Counted from the stretch's first letter, positions 43,252-53,504 are shown. The stretch is DNA of 64,000 nt from Phycisphaerae bacterium (GCA_963666925.2 CAXXTC010000007.1:320001-384000); one strand, 5' to 3'. The notes: generated by a model not told the origin, from the sequence alone. Program-made: numbers and translations.

Positions 43252-44205
43252 GTGCCCGACGCCCTGGTTCTAGAAGGCATCACCAAACGATTCGGCAAGT
43301 TCACCGCCGTCGATCGCTTCGATCTCCGCCTACCCGCCGGCGAGGTCCTCGGCTTCCTCGGCCCCAACGGAGCCGGCAAAACCACCACCATCCGCATGGT
43401 CATGAGCATCATCTACCCCGACTCCGGCCACGTCTCCGTCCTCGGCCACCCGCGCGCGTCCGCCGTCAAGGACCGCATCGGCTACCTCCCCGAAGAACGC
43501 GGCCTCTACCGCAAAATGACCGTCATCGACACCCTGCGCTACATCGGCCGCCTGAAAGGCCTCAGCGGCCGACGCCTCACCGAACGCGTCGCTCACAGCC
43601 TCGACCGCGTCGGCCTCCAGGACTGGGGCCACAAACGCGTCGAGGCCCTCTCCAAGGGCATGTCGCAAAAGCTCCAGTTCGTCGCCTCAATCATCCACCA
43701 GCCCGAGCTCGTCATCCTCGACGAACCTTTCTCCGGCCTCGACCCAATCAACATCGACATGCTCGAACGCCTCATCAGCGACCTCCGCAAACGTGGCGCA
43801 ACCGTCATCTTCTCCACCCACCAGATGAACCAGGCCGAACGCCTCTGCGACCGCATCGTCCTCATCAACCGCGGACACAAGGTCATCGACGGCACCATCA
43901 ACGACGTCCGCTCACAATTCGCCACCCGCGTCGTCGTCATCGACGGCGAAGGCGATTTCAACCGCTTCGAAAACCTCCCCGGCGTCGAACACGCCCACGT
44001 CACCTCCGGACACGCCCGCCTCGAACTAGCCGAAAACGCCGATCCCAAGAGCGTGCTCCACAAGGCCCTCGACCTCGCCCAGATAATGCGTTTCGAGGTC
44101 CAGCGTCCCAACCTCCAGGAGATCTTCGTCAAACTCGTCGGAGCGGAGACACCGCCACCGAACGACCCGGACGCCATCCCCGCAGGAGGGCCGCAACATG
44201 CCTAA
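43252..44205 (+). CDS. ABC-2 transporter ATP-binding protein (NatA/YhaQ-like)
   Basis: GPNGAGKTT, LSKGM and ILDEPFSGLDP motifs. Confidence 0.93.
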   Translation: MPDALVLEGITKRFGKFTAVDRFDLRLPAGEVLGFLGPNGAGKTTTIRMVMSIIYPDSGHVSVLGHPRASAVKDRIGYLPEERGLYRKMTVIDTLRYIGRLKGLSGRRLTERVAHSLDRVGLQDWGHKRVEALSKGMSQKLQFVASIIHQPELVILDEPFSGLDPINIDMLERLISDLRKRGATVIFSTHQMNQAERLCDRIVLINRGHKVIDGTINDVRSQFATRVVVIDGEGDFNRFENLPGVEHAHVTSGHARLELAENADPKSVLHKALDLAQIMRFEVQRPNLQEIFVKLVGAETPPPNDPDAIPAGGPQHA

Positions 44206-45445
44206 GGTGGTAGCCGTCGCCGTCCGTGAGTTCCTCGCCACCGTGCGAACCCGCGCATTCGTCCTCAGCGTCGTAATGATGCCCGCACTCATGGTCGCCG
44301 CAATCTTCGGCACTTCCTGGGTGCACAAGTTCAGCGAGCAGGAGCAGGTCCCACTACGCACCCTCGCCGTCTGCGACCCCACCGGCCTGGTAGCGCCGGC
44401 CTTCTCCGCCCAGATCGACCAGTTCAACCAGGAACGCCCCACCCAGAAGTTCGCCGTCCAACAGGTCGACGCCGACGCCTGCAACCCCGACATCTTGGCC
44501 CAGCGCACCACTACCGAGGAACTTTACGGCTACGTCATCTTCTCGGAAAACGTGCTGTCCTTGGACGGCGACCCGATCGTCGTCGCCCGCAGCGACAACC
44601 AGCTCGAAACCGGAAAACGCCTGGAGAGCATGATCAACCGCGCCGTATTCGCCGTCCGCTTGCAGCAGGCCGACATCGACGCCGCCCTCGTGGCGCAGTT
44701 ACGCACACCCGCCACATTCACCAAGCTCGACCTCGCCACCGGCCAGCCCGTCAGCGGCAACGAAATCGCCCGCGCCCTCACGCCTTTCGCGTTCATGTTC
44801 CTGCTCTTCATGGGCACCTTCGGCATTGCTCAGGGCCTCCTCACCACCGTCATCGAAGAGAAAAGCTCACGCGTCGTCGAGGTCCTACTCTCCGCCGTCA
44901 GTCCCACCCAGCTCATGGCCGGCAAGATCGTCGGCATGGTTTTCGTCGGCTTCGTACTCATCGCCGTCTGGGGCAGCGTCGGAGCCCTCAGCGCCCAACG
45001 CTACAACCTCACCGACATCGTCAACGGCTACCGCCTGTTCCTAGCCGTCATGTACTTCGTCCCCGGCTTCCTGCTATTGGCCGCCCTGATGGCCGGCATC
45101 GGCTCCGCCTGCAACGAGCTCAAGGAAGCCCAGAGCATGATCTTTCCCGTCACGCTCATAACCGTTGTGCCGATGATGTTCTGGTTCTACCTCTCCGAGC
45201 ACCCCGCCTCGGCCGTAAGCATCGCGCTGAGCTTTGTACCACCGATAACACCGTTCGTAATGATCCTGCGCGTCTGTGCCGACCCCGACACCCCGATCTG
45301 GCAGATCGTGAGCACCCTCGGCGTTTTATGGCTGAGTGTACTGGTAGCGATCTGGGCGGCCGGCAAAGTCTTCCGCGTCGGCGTCCTCATGTATGGCAAA
45401 CCCCCCTCGCTCCGAGAGCTAATCCGCTGGCTCCGCTACTCCTGA
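44198..45445 (+). CDS. ABC-2 transporter permease (NatB/YhaP-like)
   Basis: EEKSSRVVEVLLS...LMAGKI; six TM segments with a large external loop. Confidence 0.92.
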   Translation: MPKVVAVAVREFLATVRTRAFVLSVVMMPALMVAAIFGTSWVHKFSEQEQVPLRTLAVCDPTGLVAPAFSAQIDQFNQERPTQKFAVQQVDADACNPDILAQRTTTEELYGYVIFSENVLSLDGDPIVVARSDNQLETGKRLESMINRAVFAVRLQQADIDAALVAQLRTPATFTKLDLATGQPVSGNEIARALTPFAFMFLLFMGTFGIAQGLLTTVIEEKSSRVVEVLLSAVSPTQLMAGKIVGMVFVGFVLIAVWGSVGALSAQRYNLTDIVNGYRLFLAVMYFVPGFLLLAALMAGIGSACNELKEAQSMIFPVTLITVVPMMFWFYLSEHPASAVSIALSFVPPITPFVMILRVCADPDTPIWQIVSTLGVLWLSVLVAIWAAGKVFRVGVLMYGKPPSLRELIRWLRYS

Positions 45446-45519
45446 TTGTTGCGAATCGGGTGCAGTGACCGTCCCCCCTTGAAGAGGGGGGACCATAGGG
45501 GGTGCACAACGTATTCAGT

Positions 45520-45985
45520 GTGCCACCGGCCAATAGCCAATGGTCCATATTCGGTGTGGCACCGGCTAATAGCCGGTGGTCCAAAATGTGTCACCGGTTT
45601 TCAACTGGTGGACTGAGGTGCTACCTTTTCATGTGGCACCGGTTTTCAAAACCTTGTGGCACCGGCTCCCAAGTATTTGTGGCACCGGTTTTTAACCGGT
45701 GGGTCGTGCTGGCCACGACTATTGAATCGTGCTCACCCACTGAAGAACAAACCATCCCCACACACGTTCCCACGTTGTCACGCGGTCACGTTGTGACGTT
45801 GCCACATTGTCACGCCAAAGCCCGCGCAGCGGGCGACGCATCGTAGCCCCGGGTGGAGCGCAGCGCAACCCGGGGAACACCGTCCCCCCCCGAAGCCCGC
45901 GTAGCGGGTGACCGATCCTAGCCCCGGGCGCAGCCCGGGGAAACTGTCCCACCCCACCCAAAGAAGCCCGCGTAGCGGGCGACGG
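45520..45985. repeat. Repeat cluster: six family A units, 8-bp CACGTTGT-like tandem repeats and AAGCCCGCGYAGCGGGYGAC/GTAGCCCCGGG palindromes
   Basis: Family A units at 45520, 45556, 45588, 45633, 45656 and 45679; short tandem repeats at about 45765-45815; three AAGCCCGCG copies at about 45818, 45893 and 45964. Confidence 0.85.
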
Positions 45986-46065
45986 AACTGCTCATCTCAC
46001 CACCTACGCGTCTCTCTTGGTTGTGGCTGGTGTCACCGTGCCATCTATGAGCGAGCCAAAGTCAA

Positions 46066-46312
46066 GCGGGTTTTCGACGGGGTCTTTCCAACCATCTATT
46101 CGGCGTCGTCGCAGGGACACGCCACTCAACGATTTCGGGGGCGGCCTCAGTCACTGCTACGATGGTAACGCGCCGGTTCCAACTGGCCCCCGCCGGTTGA
46201 CGCCTCATGGCACATCCGCGAGGTCCGCCCGATTCGACCCGCTCGAAGTTTCGTCCCGCCCATAGCGGTACACTCACCTCCTGGTGCTCTCCGGAGGGGA
46301 AAGAACGGACTC
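46066..46312 (-). ncRNA. Predicted bridge/seek RNA of the IS1111 element
   Basis: The 3' non-coding end contains GUGCCA, AGCAGUG (target halves) and AUAGAUG (donor left half), separated by hairpins; exact ends unknown. Confidence 0.7.
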
Positions 46313-47356
46313 CTATGCTACGCTCGGCGTCGGTTCCGTGACCACCTCCGCTTCACGCCACACTTCTCCGCTGCGCAGCATTGCCGCCGACACGCACGCC
46401 AGGTGCCGGGCTAACGCCACCAGCGCAATCTTGTTCCGCTCCGGATCACCACGCTGCACATGTTCGTAAACCGCCCGCAGCAGCGGACTGCGTCCCTTGC
46501 CCTGCCAAGCTGCCTCGCACAGCAATTGCCGCACGACACTGGGACCTTCCCGGGTGATATGCCCAAGCCGATTCGTCTGCCCACTCTGGTCCTGGCACGG
46601 CACCAGCCCGAAGTAGCAGCCCACCTGCCGATTGCTCCGAAAACGCCGGACATCGTCGATCCACGCCACCAGCGCCTCGGCCGTACGCTTCCCAACGCCC
46701 GGGATGGTCTGTAACAAACGCACCCTGGGATGCTCACGGGCCATGCTCTCCAACCACCGCTCCACCGTACGCAGCCGCGCGTCCAGATGCTCCAACTCGT
46801 CCAGGCCCAGATCCCGTTCGAGCGCCGTCGTACGCGTTGGAAACTCCACCTCCGCCAGCCAGACGCGGCCGGCCCGGCTCCACAAACTGGCGCGGCGTGG
46901 TGCCGCCACGCCGTGCGCCCGCAACAGGGCCCGCAGCCGGTTCTTCACCGCCGTCCGCTGGGCCACCAGCCGCCTCCGGAACTGAATCAGCCGCCGCCAA
47001 CTGCGGACGTCCACGGGCGGCACATGCACCGGCGGCACCTGGTCCAGGAATAGCAAGGTAGCCAGCTTCCGGGCGTCGACCCGATCGTGCTTACGTTTGG
47101 CCCGGAAGATCAGTCGCACTGCCCCCGGATGAGCCACGACGATCCGCTGCGCCACCTGCTGCAGTTGTTCGTAGACGTAACCGTAGCCGCACGACGCCTC
47201 GTAGCAGATCTGGAAGGGCGGCGACACACTACGCAGTTGTTTCACCAGTTCCTTGGCTCCGCCCCGAATCTGCTGTTGCTTGACGAGTTTCCCGGCTGAA
47301 TCCAAAATGCAGATGGTCGACTGACGCTGATGTAGATCTAGTCCAATCGTGTACAT
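46313..47356 (-). CDS. IS110-family DEDD recombinase/transposase
   Basis: GLDLH, YEAS, KHDRVDA (DEDD); TIPGVG; YFGLVP...QSG catalytic Ser; GGAGG SD. Confidence 0.96.
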   Translation of the reverse strand: MYTIGLDLHQRQSTICILDSAGKLVKQQQIRGGAKELVKQLRSVSPPFQICYEASCGYGYVYEQLQQVAQRIVVAHPGAVRLIFRAKRKHDRVDARKLATLLFLDQVPPVHVPPVDVRSWRRLIQFRRRLVAQRTAVKNRLRALLRAHGVAAPRRASLWSRAGRVWLAEVEFPTRTTALERDLGLDELEHLDARLRTVERWLESMAREHPRVRLLQTIPGVGKRTAEALVAWIDDVRRFRSNRQVGCYFGLVPCQDQSGQTNRLGHITREGPSVVRQLLCEAAWQGKGRSPLLRAVYEHVQRGDPERNKIALVALARHLACVSAAMLRSGEVWREAEVVTEPTPSVA

Positions 47357-47596
47357 GCGGGCCTCCTTTCTTTGAAGTTCCAACGGGGTCATACCCCGAA
47401 GGAGGCTCGCTTCATAGTTTCACTGCTGTGTCAGCAGTGCTTCCCTCAGCCCTCGCCGAGACACTGCACCGCTGACGCAGATTGGGATGAAAGCCCGTTG
47501 CTTGTCCATCGCCCGCGATGCCGACAGTGCCACCCGCTTGCTGCGCTCGGATGTGAAGGGAAAAAGGGCCACAGCACAGAGGGTAAGCCCGCGGCG

Positions 47597-48604
47597 TTAT
47601 CGTCGACGGATGATTCCCACGCCAGCCAGGGCCAACATCACAATCGTACCGGGCTCAGGAACCTCGGAGACGCGGAACCCGATGCCGTCGAACTCGGACG
47701 TCGGGTAGTAGCTGTAGCGGGACGACGCGTGCAGGTCGTAGGCGCCGTAGCCGATGAAGAACGACCCGCCCCGCAAGCCGCGATACGACCAATCACTGCC
47801 CTCGGACACGACCGATTCGTTCCACTCCCACACGTTCCCGCCCTGATCCAACGTGCCGTAGGGGCTCTCGGAATTCTCGTGAGCGCCGACTTCCGTGCGG
47901 TAGTAGGGACTGCCGATCGTGTGGCCGTTGTTGTCGTAGAACGTCGCGTTGTTGCCGGGGTCTGGGTCTACAAGATCGTTGCTGGGCACGCTGTCGCTGC
48001 TCGTCGGGTAGTCGAAATAGTTGCCCGTCATCCCGTCGTTCTTGTGGTACGCCGCCTTGTACCACTCGTCCTCGCTCGTCACCGCCCAGTTCCAGCCGGA
48101 GTTACGCTGAATCTCCCGCCCGTCCTGGCCGTTGTACCCGTCCAGTGTGTAGGCCCCGGTCTCGGTCGTGCCCGGCCCCTGATTGGCGCTCGGCTGGCCG
48201 TTGTGCAGCCAATTCGCGAACCGGCAGGAGTCCCAGTAGCTCACGTAGTTGACCGGACGGTCTGCCCAATCGCCAGCCACACTGTACATGTAGCTCCCCG
48301 ATGAGCCAGTCCGTTCGATCTTGCAGCCGTAAGTGCTCGACCACATGCTCGTGTTGTACAGCCCGTACGTATCCGTATCGGCCACGGCGTTGAGGAACTC
48401 CGTGTACTGTCCGGCCGTCACCTCGTACGTGCCGATGTTGTACGCGTAGTCCACGCCGCCGTAACCGTCGCCGTGCGTGTCGTTCGCGTTGCCCGGGTTT
48501 CCAACGGTGACGGTGTCGATCACCACGTCCGCCGACGCGCCGGCTGCCCAACTGAACACCGCTATCACCGCCAATAGATTGCCAATCCCTTTCAACATGC
48601 TCAT
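47597..48604 (-). CDS. PEP-CTERM protein with FGE-sulfatase (SUMF1-like) domain
   Basis: YEVTAGQY, RPVNYVSYWD, SEDEWYKAAY, DQGGNVWEW and GFRV motifs; C-terminal VPEPGTIVMLALAGVGIIRRR. Confidence 0.92.
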   Translation of the reverse strand: MSMLKGIGNLLAVIAVFSWAAGASADVVIDTVTVGNPGNANDTHGDGYGGVDYAYNIGTYEVTAGQYTEFLNAVADTDTYGLYNTSMWSSTYGCKIERTGSSGSYMYSVAGDWADRPVNYVSYWDSCRFANWLHNGQPSANQGPGTTETGAYTLDGYNGQDGREIQRNSGWNWAVTSEDEWYKAAYHKNDGMTGNYFDYPTSSDSVPSNDLVDPDPGNNATFYDNNGHTIGSPYYRTEVGAHENSESPYGTLDQGGNVWEWNESVVSEGSDWSYRGLRGGSFFIGYGAYDLHASSRYSYYPTSEFDGIGFRVSEVPEPGTIVMLALAGVGIIRRR

Positions 48605-49177
48605 CTCCTATCTTCTATCTCTTGGCTTCAGGCGGACGCCCTCCGCGCGCCGGACAGCGTGTCCACAGAGCCCCTCCGATTAGACATTGGATCATTGGGT
48701 TATAGGCCTCCATCCAGCGCGATTTCCAGGCCCTCACCGGGAATTTACACACCAAGCTCGGACCGCTCTCGCACGCCGCCCACGCGACTGAGCCAATTGC
48801 CATCGTTCGTTCTTTCAAAGCACCTGCAACCCCTTGCCAGAAAGAGCATTACACCATGACCACTCTCATCGAACCTGCACCGCAGGCCGATTCCGCTAAC
48901 AGTGGCGAGAAACCCATCAACCTGTTCCAGTTCGGGTGTTCGTTCGTCCGACCACTGGATTTTCCCGTGATCAATACTGCGTTATTCCGTCGGCTGACGC
49001 TCCGAGTTCGCGATTCCACCTCACCAAAACCGCCAGACACCGCCAGATCCCTCGAAAAACCACCAGCCACCGCCAATTTCCGCCAGATTCCGCCAGTCAG
49101 CGAGAACACCCGTCACCGACTCGTCGGCTGAGTTATACTTCCTGTGGTAATCGCACCCCCTATGTGAGGTCGGGCCC

Positions 49178-50475
49178 ATGCTTACAACACCAAACGCCAC
49201 AGCAGAACACTCCCGAGACCGCTCCCGACGTCAGCGCGAGCGCGTCAGCACTATTACCCTTATTGCAACCCTGTTCGCGCTGGCTCTCACCCTGATGACC
49301 GCGCCGACTGCCTCCGCCGACATCTTCCATCTCAAGACCGGCGGCGCCATCGAAGGCCAGAATCTCGGCGCAAACGATAATCAATACTCCATTCGCACTA
49401 CCCTCGGCATCGTTCGCTTGCCGACCGACGCCGTCGAACGTATCGAGCCCGGCCCGACGCCATTTGAAGAATACGACCAGCGCGCCGCCCAGGTCGGCGA
49501 CAATGCTGCGGACCAGTTCGCGCTGGCCGAGTGGTGCGACGCCGCCGGCCTGCACAACGAGCGCAAGTTGCATCTCCAAAAAGCTTTAAAGCTGGATCCC
49601 GACTACGAGCCCGCCCGCCGGGCGCTCGGCTACGTGCATGTCGCCGGCCTTTGGCTCGATGGTCGGACCGTCGTCCGGGCGACCGCTCCGCAGCCCGAGG
49701 CCGCCGAATCCGACGTCGACGCCGAGCAGCTCGCCGCCGCCATCCAGGGCCAATGGCGCAGCCGAATTCGCTCCATCCGCCAGAACCTCCTCGAAAGTTC
49801 GGTGCCGCAATCAGTCGATCGCGGCATCGCGACCATTCGCGAAATCACCGATCCGCTCGCGATCCTGCCGCTGGCCGAGGTGCTCAGCCCCGGCAATCAG
49901 CTCTGTCGCGAGCTGCTGGTCGAGGTGCTAAGTCGTTTTCCGCACGACGAGGCGACCCTCAACCTCATCATTATCACCCTGATTGATCCGCTGGAGAGCA
50001 TTCGGCAGGCCGCCCTGGCTGATCTGATCCGCCGCGACGATCCCCGCATCGCCGCTCAGTATCGTGCCGCGCTCGCCGGCGGCAACGACGTTGTTTTACG
50101 CCGCGCCGCCTATTGCCTCGGCGAATTCGACACCGTCGAGGCCGTTCCCCGAACTCATCGATCGCCTCACTGTCTGGCGAAGCCAGTGGGTCGAGGTGCC
50201 CGTAAAACGCTGTTTGCGGCGATTGCCGTACCTTTTCACCGGCGTTACCGAAGTCTATCTCGGCACGCACGGCGCCGGTCAGCGGCTGCGACTGATGCAC
50301 CTCCCACAAGTCGGCGTCTGGTGCGGTTGGAATGACGTCGAGACCACTTGGCGTTACGGCCCTGTAACGGTCTATCGCCACCGAAGTGCTCGAAGCACTC
50401 AAAAAACTCACCGGCCAGAATTTCGGGTTCGACCGCTACGCCTGGTACACCTGGTACCAACAGCACGAACCCTGA
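49178..50475 (+). CDS. Exported HEAT/TPR-like repeat protein, 2 frameshifts (about 50147 and 50378)
   Basis: Signal-like N-terminus; the frames join to end ...EVLEALKKLTGQNFGFDRYAWYTWYQQHEP; start uncertain. Confidence 0.7.
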
Positions 50476-50625
50476 CGCGGCTGGCCGCCGGGGGCTGGAT
50501 TACTGCTCTTCATTACAAACAACGGCCGAGTCTGTAGTATCCACCGGTCCCGCCGAAGGTACACTATCTGTAGATCTGGTCGTCCGTTGCTGCGGGGCGG
50601 CAGATCGTTCGGAAAGGTGAAACTG

Positions 50626-51087
50626 ATGTCGCTGCGCTGTCCACGCTGTCACAACTCGAACCGCGACATAGCTCATTATTGCAGCCGCTGCGGATTGCGG
50701 CTGGAGGTGGGTGCTAGCGGAGTACGTGGCGCGGGTCGGGTGACGCATCCCGATCCGCTTGCGGTGCCGGACGGATGCGTTCCCATTCTGGATGCAGCGG
50801 ACCTGTACTTTCACTGGGAAGCGGCTAGTGGGGGGACGCCGCTTCTTGGTACAGAGACCCTCTCGGTAACGGTGTTCAATGCCGGCTACTCGCTGTGCGA
50901 TCTGATCTTACGAATTCACGGCACGGATGCCGATGGCCAGGACGTATGCGCGGTGACGCGGGAACTGGCCGAGCTTCTGCGTGGTGCGTCGACCGATATC
51001 GAGATAGCATCGTATGACTTGCCGGCTCCGGTGCGCGGGTTGCACCTGGAGCTTGTTCAGGCTGAGTTTCGCGCGCCGGACGAATAG
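50626..51087 (+). CDS. Zinc-ribbon domain protein
   Basis: CPRC...YCSRCG at the N-terminus. Confidence 0.7.
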   Translation: MSLRCPRCHNSNRDIAHYCSRCGLRLEVGASGVRGAGRVTHPDPLAVPDGCVPILDAADLYFHWEAASGGTPLLGTETLSVTVFNAGYSLCDLILRIHGTDADGQDVCAVTRELAELLRGASTDIEIASYDLPAPVRGLHLELVQAEFRAPDE

Positions 51088-51118
51088 CCGGCGGCGCCAA
51101 TAAGAAGGGAGGTTGTTC

Positions 51119-52066
51119 ATGGGACCAGGGCTGATCGTTCTCGGCATACTGGTACTGTTCCTGCTGATCATCATAGCCACGGGCTTGTTTACTGTTCAGC
51201 AACAGACACGGGCCGTCGTGGAGCGACTCGGCCGTTTCAAGGAGGTGGCCGAGCCGGGGCTGAATTTCAAGGTGCCGATCGTTGATCGCGTAGCCGGGCG
51301 GGTAACGCATCGCGTGCGCGAACTGGAGATCAACGTCGAGTCTAAGACGAAGGATGACGTCTTCGTTGATCTGCTGATCGCGGTGCAGTTTTACGTTGAG
51401 GAGAACGAAGCGGCGGTGAAGGCGGCGTTCTATCGGCTCAGCAATCCGCACCAGCAGATCAGCTCGTACGTGTTTGACACGGTGCGCGCCCTGGTGCCGG
51501 ACATGCCGGTCGATCATGTCTTCAGCGAGAAGGACAAGATCGCGTCGGCGGTGAAGGAGCGTTTGCAGGACACGATGGACCAGTTTGGGTACACGATTCT
51601 GCAATCGCTGGTGAACGACATTCAGCCGGCGGCGAAGGTCAAGGAGGCGATGAATGAGGTCAATGCCAGTGCGCGGCTCAAGGAGGCGGCGCGTAACCAG
51701 GCAGAGGCCAAGAAGATTCGCGTTATCGCGGCGGCCGAGGCTGAGGCGCGGGCCAAGGAGTTGCAAGGTGTGGGTATCGCCCGGCAGCGACTGGCGATTG
51801 CGAACGGTCTGAAGGAGTCGGTCGAGGCGTGTTCCGAGGCGGGCATCTCCCCGGAGGAAGCCACCAAGATGGTGTTGCTGACGCAGCACTACGACACGGT
51901 GACGGCGGTCGGTGCCAACGACAAGGCCACGGTGATCATGATGCCGTACGGGCCGAGCGGGATGTCGCAGGTGGCGGAGCAGATCACCGCGGCGCTGTTG
52001 ACGTCAGACACCGCGGGAAGGGAGATGGAGGCCGAAGGGCCGACTCGTGTGGATGACAATGAATAG
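51119..52066 (+). CDS. SPFH/band-7 membrane protein
   Basis: N-terminal TM; VERLGRF...PGLNFKVP, ESKTKDDVFV and GIARQRLAI motifs. Confidence 0.93.
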   Translation: MGPGLIVLGILVLFLLIIIATGLFTVQQQTRAVVERLGRFKEVAEPGLNFKVPIVDRVAGRVTHRVRELEINVESKTKDDVFVDLLIAVQFYVEENEAAVKAAFYRLSNPHQQISSYVFDTVRALVPDMPVDHVFSEKDKIASAVKERLQDTMDQFGYTILQSLVNDIQPAAKVKEAMNEVNASARLKEAARNQAEAKKIRVIAAAEAEARAKELQGVGIARQRLAIANGLKESVEACSEAGISPEEATKMVLLTQHYDTVTAVGANDKATVIMMPYGPSGMSQVAEQITAALLTSDTAGREMEAEGPTRVDDNE

Positions 52067-52321
52067 GCTATAGCTACGGCAGTTTGAAAGCTGTATTTGA
52101 CGGGCGTGCTGGCAGACGAATGTTGAGCCGGCGCGCCCGTTTTGTTTGTGCTCGAGAATGCACTGCTCAAGAGCAGGCCACATGTGCTTTGTATATCATT
52201 CCGGATGAAAGCCGAGCCTATTCTTTAGCCGGGGCACTGGGGTTCGTTGCCAGCACGACCCACCGGTTAAAAACCGGTGCCACAAAGAGGTGAGGAATCT
52301 CCCATGCGGGAGGAGTTTGGG

Positions 52322-53440
52322 TCAGCGGCCTTTGGCGAAGAAGGCCTTGATGCTGTCGTAGATGTCGTCCTTGGTGTTTACACGCGACGTGACCATGTTC
52401 TCCTCGTCGCCGAGATACTCACGCAGGACGTTGATGAAGTGGCCGCTGCCGTAGGCGCTGGCTACTTGGCAATAGCCGAACTGGTTGCTCTGCGGCAGCA
52501 GGTGTTCGCTCAGGATCTGGCAGCACTCGCGCGAATCAGATTCCGATGAGTTGTCACCGTCAGAAAAGTGGAACAGGTAGATGTTCCATTCGTCGGGGGC
52601 GTAGTGCTTTTCGAGCAGCTCGCGGCAGACCTTGAACGCGCTGCTGATCTTCGTGCCGCCGTCTTCGCGCAGGTGGAAGAACGTTTCGCGGTCGACCTCG
52701 CCGGCACGGACGTCATGGACGATATAGCGGCTGTCGATGCCTTCGTAGTTGCGGCGTAGCCAGGCGTCGATCCAGAACGCCTCCAGTCGGACCAGCTCCT
52801 TCTGCTCGTGCCCCATGGAGCCGGAAACGTCCATCATGTAGACAATGACGGCGTTGGATTGGGGTTTTTTGACGGGCTTCCAGCTTCGGTAGAGCTTGTC
52901 GGAGCGTTCGAAGAAGATGATGGGGTTCTCTTCGTCGTAGGCGCCGGTCATGATCATTCGTCGCAGTGCGCGGCGGAAGGTGCGTTTGAAATGGCGGAGC
53001 GATTCGGGGCCGGTCTGGCGGATGCTGCTGTAGCGGTCCTTGATGGCGGTGATGTTGTGCTTGCCTTTGGGCTCGATGCGGGGGAGCTGGAGCTCTTCGC
53101 CGAGGATGTCGGCGAGCTCGTCGAGCGAGATTTCGACCTCGAGGATGTGCTGTCCGGGGTCGGTACCGCCGGGCCCGACGCCGGAATCGTCGCCGTCGAC
53201 GGTTTGTCCGGGCTGGCCCTCACCTTGGCCGACGCCCTGGTCGTTGTTGTCACCGTAGCGGAAGTGCGGGAGGTTCACTCCGGGCACGGGGATGGAGACG
53301 AGGTGTTTGCCCTCTTTGCCGAGCAGCTCGCCGCGCGTCAGGAACTTGCGGAGGTCCTTGCGGATCTTGCCCTTGACGATCTGGCGGAACCGCTGATGGT
53401 CCTTCTCGATCTTGAGTGGGCCACCGACACCCACGGGCAC
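52322..53440 (-). CDS. yeaH: YeaH/YhbH (DUF444) vWA protein
   Basis: DHQRFRQIV, MMDVSGSM, GGTKISSA and YLFHFSDGDN motifs; start uncertain. Confidence 0.9.
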   Translation of the reverse strand: MPVGVGGPLKIEKDHQRFRQIVKGKIRKDLRKFLTRGELLGKEGKHLVSIPVPGVNLPHFRYGDNNDQGVGQGEGQPGQTVDGDDSGVGPGGTDPGQHILEVEISLDELADILGEELQLPRIEPKGKHNITAIKDRYSSIRQTGPESLRHFKRTFRRALRRMIMTGAYDEENPIIFFERSDKLYRSWKPVKKPQSNAVIVYMMDVSGSMGHEQKELVRLEAFWIDAWLRRNYEGIDSRYIVHDVRAGEVDRETFFHLREDGGTKISSAFKVCRELLEKHYAPDEWNIYLFHFSDGDNSSESDSRECCQILSEHLLPQSNQFGYCQVASAYGSGHFINVLREYLGDEENMVTSRVNTKDDIYDSIKAFFAKGR

Positions 53441-53504
53441 ACCTCGATTTCCGGTTCTGGGTCGCACACGGCGGTGCGCTCCGTTGTTGCTCGCTCGGCC
53501 GGCG

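Larger units (their letters stand above)
46044..47422 (-). mobile_element. Complete IS110-family, IS1111-group insertion sequence (about 1.38 kb) inserted in a family C REP
   Basis: Sub-terminal IRs CTATGA(A)GCGAGCC at 46045-46057 and 47404-47417; CA core at both junctions; removal restores GTGCCACTGCTGTGTCAGCAGTGC. Confidence 0.92.

Noticed and set aside
45520..45715. Possible CRISPR array (repeated GTGGCACCGG)
   Set aside because: Irregular 23-45 bp period, spacers short and similar to each other, same unit dispersed as a REP, and no cas genes.
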